A stretch of DNA of 64,000 nucleotides from Chloroflexota bacterium (GTDB taxonomy: Bacteria; Chloroflexota; UBA11872): contig JAPOYR010000010.1 in NCBI GenBank assembly GCA_026706485.1, positions 145,798 through 209,797 on the forward strand. Direction: 5' to 3'. This document shows, one piece after another, positions 17,960 through 25,989 of the stretch (positions within the stretch are counted from its first letter, which is position 1; each line of letters opens with the position of its first letter). The translations under genes and the position numbers were made by a program. Below the pieces are notes generated by a model that searched no databases, had not been told where the DNA came from, and saw nothing but the letters and a program-made list of their open reading frames with translations.

Positions 17960-19411
17960 ATGCCTGCCACCGCCGCCGCCGGATTGATCGGCTTGGGCGT
18001 CATGGGTCGCAACCTCGCCCTGAACATCGCCTCGCGCGGATTCCCGCTCGCGGTCTACAACCGCACCTACAGCCGGACGACGGAATTCCTGGAGCGCGAG
18101 GCGTCCGAAACTGACATTCGGGGTGTCGAGCATCTGGACGATTTCGTCGACGCGTTGGAGCGCCCGCGACGGGTGATCTTGATGGTCGATGCGGGACGCG
18201 CCGTGGACGCCGTGCTGGATCAGCTGATTCCGCTGCTCGATCCCGGCGACACGGTTGTGGACGGCGGGAATTCCTTTTATGTCGACACCGAGCGCCGCAT
18301 CGATGTCGTCGAGGGCGCCCGGATGCGCTACCTGGGAACCGGCATCAGCGGCGGCGAGACGGGCGCGCGCTACGGTCCCTCGATCATGCCCGGCGGCGAC
18401 GAGGATGCTTATGCGCGGCTGGAGCCCATCCTCACCCGGATCGCCGCCCAGGTGGACGACGGCCCATGCGTGACCCATGTGGGGCGCCGAAGCGCCGGGC
18501 ATTATGTCAAGATGGTCCACAACGGCATCGAATATGGCGACATGCAGCTCATCGCCGAGGCCTACAGCTTTCTGGCCGCGGCGGGCTATCGACCCGACGA
18601 ACTTGCCGGCATTTTCTCCGCTTGGAACGAGACCGACCTCGAGTCCTATCTGATTGAAATCACGGCGGACATCTTCAGGGTGCGGGACGCCGACGGCGAC
18701 GGGTTCCTGGTCGACGCCATTCTCGATCAGGCTGGCCAAAAGGGCACCGGCCGCTGGACCTCCCGCGACGCGCTCGACCTGGGCACGCCGATCCCAACCA
18801 TCGACGCCGCCGTGTGGTCGCGCCACATCTCGGCGCTCAAGGATGAACGCGTCGCGGCGGCGCCGCTGCTCCGGCCCGACGGCGCCCCGCGAATCGAACG
18901 CTTCGACGGACTCGTCGAAGCTGTGCGCCTGGCGCTCTATGCGGCCAAGGTGTGCTCCTACGCTCAGGGCATGTCCCTGCTGCGGGCCGCATCCGAGGCC
19001 TACGCCTACGAGCTAGAGCCCGCGGAGCTGGCGCGTATCTGGAAGGGCGGCTGCATCATTCGCGCCCGCCTGCTGGGGGACATCCAACGGGCCTTCGCCT
19101 CGGACCCATTGCTGGTAAATCTCTTGCTGGACGAGGAGTTTCGGTCGCAGCTTGCCGAGGCTGACGAAAGCTGGCGCCGGGTCGTGACCAGCGCCAAGAA
19201 CGCCGGGCTGCCGTTCGCCGCCATGAGCGCCTCGCTGGACTACTACGACGCCTACCGCTCGGACCGTCTGCCGATGAACCTCACGCAGGCCCAGCGGGAC
19301 TACTTCGGCGCGCACACCTACCGGCGCGTCGACCGGCAGGGCGTGTTCCACACGCAATGGGAGCAGGGAGCGGACACCGGCGCGGCCAGCAGCAATCCGG
19401 CTGACGCGTGA
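17960..19411 (+). CDS. gnd: 6-phosphogluconate dehydrogenase (decarboxylating)
   Basis: N-terminal GLIGLGVMGRNLALN NADP-binding fold and conserved 6PGDH core and C-terminal domains. 483 aa. Confidence 0.9.
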   Translation: MPATAAAGLIGLGVMGRNLALNIASRGFPLAVYNRTYSRTTEFLEREASETDIRGVEHLDDFVDALERPRRVILMVDAGRAVDAVLDQLIPLLDPGDTVVDGGNSFYVDTERRIDVVEGARMRYLGTGISGGETGARYGPSIMPGGDEDAYARLEPILTRIAAQVDDGPCVTHVGRRSAGHYVKMVHNGIEYGDMQLIAEAYSFLAAAGYRPDELAGIFSAWNETDLESYLIEITADIFRVRDADGDGFLVDAILDQAGQKGTGRWTSRDALDLGTPIPTIDAAVWSRHISALKDERVAAAPLLRPDGAPRIERFDGLVEAVRLALYAAKVCSYAQGMSLLRAASEAYAYELEPAELARIWKGGCIIRARLLGDIQRAFASDPLLVNLLLDEEFRSQLAEADESWRRVVTSAKNAGLPFAAMSASLDYYDAYRSDRLPMNLTQAQRDYFGAHTYRRVDRQGVFHTQWEQGADTGAASSNPADA

Positions 19412-19564
19412 GGAAGAGGACCGGCGAACCGGCGCCAGCGGTCACCTTCGAGGCCGGCGCCAAGCTGCACAGCATCATGCGGCCTCGTGCTCGCCGTCGC
19501 TAACGGTCGCATCGTGGGCGCATTCCGGGTCGCCAGCCAAAGCCAACGGTTCGCTACAATGCCG

Positions 19565-20075
19565 GACGTGAGCGCCCGCGGGGCGGTGCGGTCCGGCCTG
19601 CTAGCGGAGAGTCGCCACCCCGCGGAACGCCCACGCCCAGCCCATTCATCGTAACGGCACCGGTCATGTGCCCAGATTTGGCCCCTGCTGCGCGGTTCGC
19701 ACGGCCCCGCCCTGAAGGCTCTACTTGCCTGCGCTCGCGTCTCCAATGGCCGACTTCGGAAAGCGCGTGTAGGCGCTAACCGGCACGCCGTAGACCCCGG
19801 CTTGGCCAAGCCCGAGCACCGTCTCCAGCGAACGGTGCGTTAGAATACCGAGCGCCCGCGGGGTGGTCTGGTTGTGAAGGACGTACACCCCGCGGAACGC
19901 CCACGCCCAGCCCGGTCATCGTAGCGGGACCGGCCTTGTACCCAACGGCTGTGCAGGCCCGCGCTGAACGCCCTTCTAACCGCTGCTCGTGTCTACACCT
20001 AGAGAGCCGACTTCGGAAACCGGGCATAGGCGCTCACCGGCACGCCGTATCCGCCGGCCTGGCCAAGCTTCAGGT
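19565..20075. repeat. two tandem ~250-bp imperfect direct repeats (period ~271 bp: unit A 19565..19816, unit B 19846..20075)
   Basis: Both units contain gagcgcccgcgggg...ccccgcggaacgcccacgcccagccc.tcatcgtaRcggSaccgg and gccgacttcggaaaScgSgYgtaggcgctMaccggcacgccgta. Unit B runs into the real 3' end of the acetamidase CDS. Confidence 0.75.
19721..19816 (-). pseudogene. duplicated 3'-terminal fragment of the adjacent acetamidase/formamidase gene
   Basis: The minus-strand translation LGLGQAGVYGVPVSAYTRFPKSAIGDASAGK* matches the true C-terminus of CDS 19999..20901 (LKLGQAGGYGVPVSAYARFPKSAL*), and similarity is lost upstream of it. Confidence 0.65.
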
Positions 20076-20901
20076 CCACCGCCGCACCCGACAGCATCCG
20101 GGCCTGGGTTGGCGTGATGCCCAGGTCGCGCACCAGCCGCTCCTCCATTGCCGCCGTGGCCAGTCGCAGCGCTTCGGTCAGGTCGTCGGCGACGCCCACG
20201 GTCATCACATGCGTCGCCGTCTCGAACCAGGGCCATTCGAGAGACTCAGCGCGCAGCACGTCCAGCGTCACGTCAATCTCGGCAGTGATGTTCACCCCGG
20301 AGTGCGCCTCGGCATCGCCCATGGTGGCGTGGACGTCGCCGATGCCGAACAGCGCCCCTGGCGCGCGCACCGGCAGATACACGGTCGTGCCCGCGGTGAT
20401 CTCGTTGAAGTCCAAATTGCCGCCGTGGTCGCCGAGGCTGAGGGTCATGATGCTGCCCGCGGCCGGCGCTACGCCGATCGTGCCCACCATCGGGCGCGCC
20501 GGCAGAGTGACACGACCCGCGAACTGAACGTCGTCGCCTTCCACGTCGAAGGGCTCGATGCCCGGATCCACCGGTTGATTGCCAAGGATGCCGGTACCCG
20601 GCAGCGCCGCCACGTATCCCCGTGGTGAGAGCCGAATCGCCTCGATCGCCACCCGCAGCGTGTCGCCGGGCGCCGCATCCGTCACGCCGATCGGTCCCGT
20701 GCACGGATTCATGCGACCGGGCGTGCGTCGCCGGGCAAAGGCGTCGACATCGAGATCGTCACAATGCCCGTCGTAGGCGTCGCGGGCCTCGACCGTGAGG
20801 CGAGCGTGCGAAGGAACCCAGACGACCGGCGACGCGTCCGCGTCGAATTCGCAGGTCGCATGACGCGCCGAGATGCGCTGGCGCTCGACTTCTGAATTCA
20901 C
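19999..20901 (-). CDS. acetamidase/formamidase (FmdA_AmdA) family protein
   Basis: The FmdA/AmdA family domain spans the CDS, including an N-terminal FDADASPVVWVPSHARLTVEARDAYDG region. The GTG start at 20901 overlaps the uvrC stop (GTGA) and is preceded by AAGGAGG. The longer ORF-track N-terminus (to 21336) overlaps uvrC and is rejected. Confidence 0.75.
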   Translation of the reverse strand: MNSEVERQRISARHATCEFDADASPVVWVPSHARLTVEARDAYDGHCDDLDVDAFARRRTPGRMNPCTGPIGVTDAAPGDTLRVAIEAIRLSPRGYVAALPGTGILGNQPVDPGIEPFDVEGDDVQFAGRVTLPARPMVGTIGVAPAAGSIMTLSLGDHGGNLDFNEITAGTTVYLPVRAPGALFGIGDVHATMGDAEAHSGVNITAEIDVTLDVLRAESLEWPWFETATHVMTVGVADDLTEALRLATAAMEERLVRDLGITPTQARMLSGAAVDLKLGQAGGYGVPVSAYARFPKSAL

Positions 20902-22775
20902 AGGGCCTCCTTCAGCGCGCGCGCGGCGCTGGCGGTCATGCCGTCGACGGTGGCGAGTTCCGTCGCCGATGCTTGCCGAATCTGCTCGAGCGAGCCGAAG
21001 GCGCGAATCAGGGCCCGCTTGCGCTTCGGGCCGATGCCCGGAATTTCGTCCAGGATCGAGCGCCTTCCCTTCTTGGTGCGCAGCTTGATGTGAAAGCTCA
21101 CCGCGAACCGATGCGCCTCGTCGCGAATCCGTTGCGCGAGTCGCATGCCGTCGCTGTCGTGGGGGAGTCGAATCGGAGCCGGGCGGCCGGGAACGAACAG
21201 CTCCTCGTGCTGTTTGGCGATCGCGGCCAGCGGGATCTCCGCCGGATCGATGGCGAATTCCCGGAACACGTCCAGCGCCGCGCTCAGCTGGCCTTTGCCG
21301 CCGTCGATGAGCACCAGGTCCGGTGCCGAGCCCCATTCGCTGCTCGAGCCCGCCGTCACGTTAGTCGGCGCGGGCAACTCCGTGTCGGGGTCCATTTCCT
21401 GCAGCGGGACCACGGCCAGCGCGCGCCGTCCCAACGTGCCCTCGGCCGCCTCCCGACCGGCGACGACCTCGGTATAGCGCGTAAAGCGGCGCCGCAGCAC
21501 TTCCCGCATGGACTCGAAGTCGTCGTTACCCGGCTGGTTTCGGATCTTGAACCGCCGATACTTGCCTTTCTTGGCCACCCCATCCTCGAAGACCACGAGC
21601 GAGCCCACGACCAACGACCCCTGGATGTGGGAAATGTCGTAGGCCTCGATGCGCCGCGGCAGCCGTTCGAGCCCCAGCGCCGTGCCGATCTCGAGCAGTG
21701 CCTGGCGGAGCTTGCGTCCGGAGTTGAGCCACCGGGCCCGCTCGATCTGCAGCGTGTCACGCACGTTGCGAGCGGCCATGGCCACGAGCTTTCGCTTTTG
21801 GCCGCGCTGCGGGGCGCGGACCTCGACCTTCGCGCCTCGCAGGGTGCCCAGCCATGCGGCCAGAGGCTCCGGATCCGAAAGCCGCGCCGATGTCAGCACC
21901 AGGAGCGGCACTTCGGGCGCGCGGTCGTAGTACTCACGCACGAAGTCGTCGAGCATTTCGCCGTCCGTCTCCTCACCCGTCACCGCCAGCTCGTAGGTGC
22001 CGCGCCCGATCATCTTCCCGCCCCGGATTCGCAGCACGGTTGCCTGCGCCTCGCGTCCCTCGCGGGCCGCGGCGATAACGTCGATCTGACCGCCGCGCAG
22101 GTCCGTGATCTTCTGCTCGGCGACGACCTTGTCAATCGCCTTGAGCCGGTCGCGATGCTTGGCGGCCGATTCGTAGTCGTGGGACTCGGCCGCGCTCCAC
22201 ATTTGGGCCGTGAGGCGCTCCACCACGTGGTCATAGTCGCCGCGCATGAATCCGACAGCGCCGTCGACGACCGCCGCATACTCCTCCACGGTGCAGTGGC
22301 GCGTGCAGGGCGCGATGCACAGTCCGAGGTGAAACTTCAGGCACGGGCGCGGGATCGGAGTGCCCATGTCGATGGTGCACGTGCGATAAGGAAACAGCCG
22401 GTTGAGCAGCTTGAGCGTCTGTCGCACCGACTTGGCGCTGGTAAACGGTCCGAAATAGAGCGCGCCGTCCCGCAGGATGCGACGGGTCGTGCCGACTCGC
22501 GGGTAGGTCTCGTTGATCGTGATCTTGACGTAGAGGTATCCCTTATCGTCGCGAAACGTGACGTTGAACGGCGGACGGTGTTCCTTGATGAGGTTGTTCT
22601 CCAGCAAGAGGGCCTCGACTTCGGAATCGGTGACGATCACCTCCAGATCAACCACTCGCTGCACAAGGGACACCGTCTTGGTCGAATGGTCGCCGCGCCG
22701 GAAATAGCTGCGCACCCGGCTGCGGAGGGAGCGCGCCTTGCCGATGTACAGCACATTGCCCTGCGCACCGCGCAT
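20898..22775 (-). CDS. uvrC: excinuclease ABC subunit C
   Basis: GIY-YIG, UvrBC-interaction, RNase-H-like and HhH domains are present. The conserved N-terminal motif LPDAPGAYLM lies upstream of the first ATG (22775) in an open frame, and the probable start is CTG 22847 or ATT 22856, after AAGGAG at 22857..22862. Confidence 0.85.
   Translation of the reverse strand: MRGAQGNVLYIGKARSLRSRVRSYFRRGDHSTKTVSLVQRVVDLEVIVTDSEVEALLLENNLIKEHRPPFNVTFRDDKGYLYVKITINETYPRVGTTRRILRDGALYFGPFTSAKSVRQTLKLLNRLFPYRTCTIDMGTPIPRPCLKFHLGLCIAPCTRHCTVEEYAAVVDGAVGFMRGDYDHVVERLTAQMWSAAESHDYESAAKHRDRLKAIDKVVAEQKITDLRGGQIDVIAAAREGREAQATVLRIRGGKMIGRGTYELAVTGEETDGEMLDDFVREYYDRAPEVPLLVLTSARLSDPEPLAAWLGTLRGAKVEVRAPQRGQKRKLVAMAARNVRDTLQIERARWLNSGRKLRQALLEIGTALGLERLPRRIEAYDISHIQGSLVVGSLVVFEDGVAKKGKYRRFKIRNQPGNDDFESMREVLRRRFTRYTEVVAGREAAEGTLGRRALAVVPLQEMDPDTELPAPTNVTAGSSSEWGSAPDLVLIDGGKGQLSAALDVFREFAIDPAEIPLAAIAKQHEELFVPGRPAPIRLPHDSDGMRLAQRIRDEAHRFAVSFHIKLRTKKGRRSILDEIPGIGPKRKRALIRAFGSLEQIRQASATELATVDGMTASAARALKEAL
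20906..20912 (-). promoter_or_regulatory. Shine-Dalgarno AAGGAGG for the acetamidase gene, embedded in the last codons of uvrC
   Basis: The minus strand reads AAGGAGGCCCTGTGA, that is SD, a 5-nt spacer, a GTG start and the overlapping TGA stop. Confidence 0.6.
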
Positions 22776-23031
22776 GAGGTAGGCGCCGGGCGCGTCAGGC
22801 AGCCCGGCGAGTTTTTCCTCAACTGCGGCGCTGACCGTGGGGGGCAGCTGGAGAATCTCCTTGTTGGGCGCGCGAGTGCCGGCGCTTCCTGGGTCGATTC
22901 TAGTGCGATGGCATCGCGACCGGCCTTCGGCTCGACCGAAAATCGGTGGGACGGCACCCGGGAAACGCCAGCCGCGCGGGTAGAATGCCGTCTAGTCGAC
23001 CACCTTCGCGGGCATCCAAGCCCGCGCGCGC

Positions 23032-24216
23032 GTGAACTACCTGCGTCTGCGGACGATCCTGCTCGTTCTGGGGATCGTTGTCGCCAGCATTTGGCTCTTG
23101 CAGTTCCTGTGGGGTCTTGTCGGGAACTTCGCGGCCCTGGTGGTGACGCTGCTGCTGGCCTGGATCATCAACCTCATCGCGCTGGAGCCCGTGCGGTTCA
23201 TGCGCCGCTTCCGGATACCGCGATTGCTCGCGGCCACCATCGTCTATCTCGTGATCGCCGGTATCACGGCCCTTTCCGCCTTTTTCATCCTGCCGCCGCT
23301 GTTCGCCGAAATCGGACGGGCAGCCGGCAACCTGTCCGCGGGTACCGCGAACGCCACGCAAATCCTTGAGAATCTGCACGCCCAGCTCCTGCAATGGGGC
23401 GTGCCGCAGGACACCGTGACCGAGGTGGTCACCGGCTTCAATGCGCAGATCATCACCCTCGGCCAGGACATTGCCGCTGGAATCCTGGCGTCGACGGGAG
23501 CGGTTCTCGGCGGGCTTGGTCTGGCCATCCTGACCTTGATCATCTCGTTCTACATCCTGCTGGGATGGGACATGAATTTGCAGCGGCTGCGCCGCGAATT
23601 GCCCGCGGAGTGGCGGGCGCGATTCGACCGGGGCATTCGCTCCGCCGAGCGCACGTTCGGCGGCTGGCTGGGCGGCCAGGCGGTGGCGTCGACCATTTGG
23701 GGCGGTGCGGTGATCCTGATCTTCTTCATCGCCGACATGCCGTTCGGCCTGCTGGTTGCCGTCGCCACGGGCTTGCTCATGTTCATCCCGTTCGTTGGCC
23801 TGGCGGCCGGCATCGGGCTCCCCATCGTGATGGCCCTGACCATTCGCGTCGATCTGGCGATCTGGGTTGGCATCAGCGTGGCGGTGCTCTCGCTCGTCAT
23901 CGAGAACATCGTCAAGCCGCGGGTCATGGGCACCGCCCTCGGGGTCAATCCGCTGGTCGTGATTTTGAGCGTGATCATCGGTGGAGTAGCGGCGGGTTTC
24001 TGGGGCATCGTGTTCGGCATTCCAATCGGCGCCTTGATCTGGACGTTTGTGCGCTGGGGCGCCCTCGAGGTGCTCCACGCGCAAGCCCGCCTGCATGAGC
24101 ACCCGGACGAGGCGGCGCCGCAGCCGGCTGTAGCGGCGGCGGAGGAAGCCGACGGGGCCAACGGCGCGCCGCTGCCCGAAGAGGCCAAAGAGCCTTCGCA
24201 AGGGGTTCGCGCATAA
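23032..24216 (+). CDS. AI-2E family transporter (PerM/UPF0118)
   Basis: 394 aa with eight predicted TM helices, and overall topology and sequence pattern typical of AI-2E/PerM proteins. Confidence 0.7.
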   Translation: MNYLRLRTILLVLGIVVASIWLLQFLWGLVGNFAALVVTLLLAWIINLIALEPVRFMRRFRIPRLLAATIVYLVIAGITALSAFFILPPLFAEIGRAAGNLSAGTANATQILENLHAQLLQWGVPQDTVTEVVTGFNAQIITLGQDIAAGILASTGAVLGGLGLAILTLIISFYILLGWDMNLQRLRRELPAEWRARFDRGIRSAERTFGGWLGGQAVASTIWGGAVILIFFIADMPFGLLVAVATGLLMFIPFVGLAAGIGLPIVMALTIRVDLAIWVGISVAVLSLVIENIVKPRVMGTALGVNPLVVILSVIIGGVAAGFWGIVFGIPIGALIWTFVRWGALEVLHAQARLHEHPDEAAPQPAVAAAEEADGANGAPLPEEAKEPSQGVRA

Positions 24217-24281
24217 GGCCGCTCGTCCGGATTCTGAAATATGTCCGGCCGCATTGGCGATGGGCGCTGCTGTCGCTCGCC

Positions 24282-25985
24282 ATGTGGGGCGTCGCCACCG
24301 CCATGGACCTGCTGATACCCCAGGTCATCGCGCGCGTCATCGACGAGGGCATCGGGGCCGGCGACCGGGCGCGCCTCGCCGCGCTGGTGGGGCTGACCGC
24401 CGCGCTCATCTTCGTGCGCGGTGCCGGGTTCTTCTTCACCCGCATGACCATGCGGGTGTACGAAACGCGGGTGGCGTCCCGCATGCGCCTCGACTTCTAC
24501 GCGCACCTGCAGCGCCTGCCGTTCAGCTACTACGACCGCGTGGACAGCGGCGACATCATCACCCGAGCCGTCAGCGATCTGAACCGCGCCCGAATGTTCG
24601 CCGGCGTGGGCGTGACCGAGACGGTGCGCATTCTCGGGCTTTACATCGCAATCATCGTGGGCATGGCTCTCACCAGCGCCACGCTGACGCTGATGATCGT
24701 TCCCGTGCTCGTGGTCCTGGCGGGCATGTCGGTGTGGTACGGGAGCGTGGTGCGGCCCATGTGGCAGCGCATTCAGCAGCAGCAGGCCGCCGTGACCCGG
24801 GTGCTCTCGGAGAACCTCAACGGCGTGCGGGTGGTGAAGGCATTTGCCAAGGAGAACGCCGAAATCGAGGACTTCGACCGCGCGGCCGGAGGGCTGTTCG
24901 ACCTTTCCATGCGTCCCGCGCGGCTGCGCGCGCGGCTGATGCCGGCCATGCTGGCCGTCGCCGGCATCGGCACGGTCATCGTCCTCGGCGTCGGCGGACG
25001 CCTGGCGCTCGAAGGCACGGTGTCCGTCGGAGTGCTGGTGGCCTTCTACTACTACTTTGCCCGGCTGATTCCACCCACGCAGCAGCTGGGATTCGTGGTG
25101 CAGCGCATCGCCATCGCCATCGCCTCGGGCGGTCGCGTGTTCGAGCTGCTGGATGAACCCGTGCGCATTGCCTCGCCGCCGGACGGTCACGCGCCGGACC
25201 GGGTGGCCGGCCGGGTTGAGCTCGACGGCGTGAATCTCGCCTACGGACGCCGGGAGCCCGTGCTGCGCGATGTCAGCGCCAAGGTGTCGGCAGGCTCGGT
25301 CATCGGGATCGTGGGGCCCACAGGGTCCGGCAAGAGCAGCTTGGTGCAGCTCATTCCGCGTTACTACGACGCGACCACGGGCACGGTGCGCCTCGACGGC
25401 GTCGACGTGCGCCAATTCGACCTGGCAACCCTTCGGCGGCAGGTGGCCATCGTCCCGCAGGACGCCATGCTGTTCTCGGACACCGTGCGAAACAACATCG
25501 CCTTTGGCGATCCCGCGGCCGACACGGATCGCATCGTCGCCGCCGCGCGCGACGCCCAAGCGCTCGATTTCATCGAAGACTTGCCCGAGGGCTTCGACAC
25601 CGTCGTCGGGGAGCGCGGCGTGGGACTCAGCGGCGGCCAGCGGCAGCGGGTGACCATCGCCCGCGCGCTGCTCACCGAGGCGCCGGTGTTGATTCTCGAC
25701 GACGCAACAGCCAGCGTGGACACCGAGACTGAACGCCGCATCCAGGACGCCCTGCGGTCCCGGGCACAGGGGCGCACCACGTTCGTCATTTCCCAGCGAG
25801 TCAGCTCCGTCGAAAGCGCCGATCAGATACTCGTCATCGAGGATGGCCGCGTGACCGACCGCGGCACGCACGACGAGCTGGCCGCCCGCCCAGGCTTCTA
25901 TCGCGGCCTTGTGCAGCGGCAGCGTCGCTCCGCACTCAGTGCCCAAGACTCCCGGCGCGCGGCCGCCGTTACGGACGAGCAGTAG
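24282..25985 (+). CDS. ABC transporter ATP-binding/permease fusion protein (exporter half-transporter 1)
   Basis: TMD followed by NBD, with Walker A GPTGSGKSS, signature LSGGQRQR and Walker B ILILDDATASVD. The in-frame upstream region (RPLVRILKYVRPHWRWALLSLA) looks like the genuine N-terminus, and the probable start is ATT 24231 or CTG 24234. Confidence 0.8.
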   Translation: MWGVATAMDLLIPQVIARVIDEGIGAGDRARLAALVGLTAALIFVRGAGFFFTRMTMRVYETRVASRMRLDFYAHLQRLPFSYYDRVDSGDIITRAVSDLNRARMFAGVGVTETVRILGLYIAIIVGMALTSATLTLMIVPVLVVLAGMSVWYGSVVRPMWQRIQQQQAAVTRVLSENLNGVRVVKAFAKENAEIEDFDRAAGGLFDLSMRPARLRARLMPAMLAVAGIGTVIVLGVGGRLALEGTVSVGVLVAFYYYFARLIPPTQQLGFVVQRIAIAIASGGRVFELLDEPVRIASPPDGHAPDRVAGRVELDGVNLAYGRREPVLRDVSAKVSAGSVIGIVGPTGSGKSSLVQLIPRYYDATTGTVRLDGVDVRQFDLATLRRQVAIVPQDAMLFSDTVRNNIAFGDPAADTDRIVAAARDAQALDFIEDLPEGFDTVVGERGVGLSGGQRQRVTIARALLTEAPVLILDDATASVDTETERRIQDALRSRAQGRTTFVISQRVSSVESADQILVIEDGRVTDRGTHDELAARPGFYRGLVQRQRRSALSAQDSRRAAAVTDEQ

Positions 25986-25989
25986 CACG

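Noticed and set aside
17933-18826. 297-aa minus-strand ORF inside gnd
   Set aside because: It lies antisense to a highly conserved 6-phosphogluconate dehydrogenase and has no recognisable motifs.
19318-19809. 163-aa minus-strand ORF in the gnd/acetamidase intergenic region
   Set aside because: It spans the tandem-duplication units in a frame different from the recognisable acetamidase C-terminal pseudo-fragment, and is more likely noise than a gene.
20901-21336. N-terminal 145-aa extension of the acetamidase ORF as called (19999..21336)
   Set aside because: It overlaps the 3' end of uvrC in another frame and is Arg-rich junk. A GTG start with AAGGAGG sits exactly at the uvrC stop.
20973-23369. 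798-aa plus-strand ORF across uvrC and the AI-2E gene start
   Set aside because: It lies antisense to uvrC, which has full-length domain homology, and is a typical GC-rich artefact.
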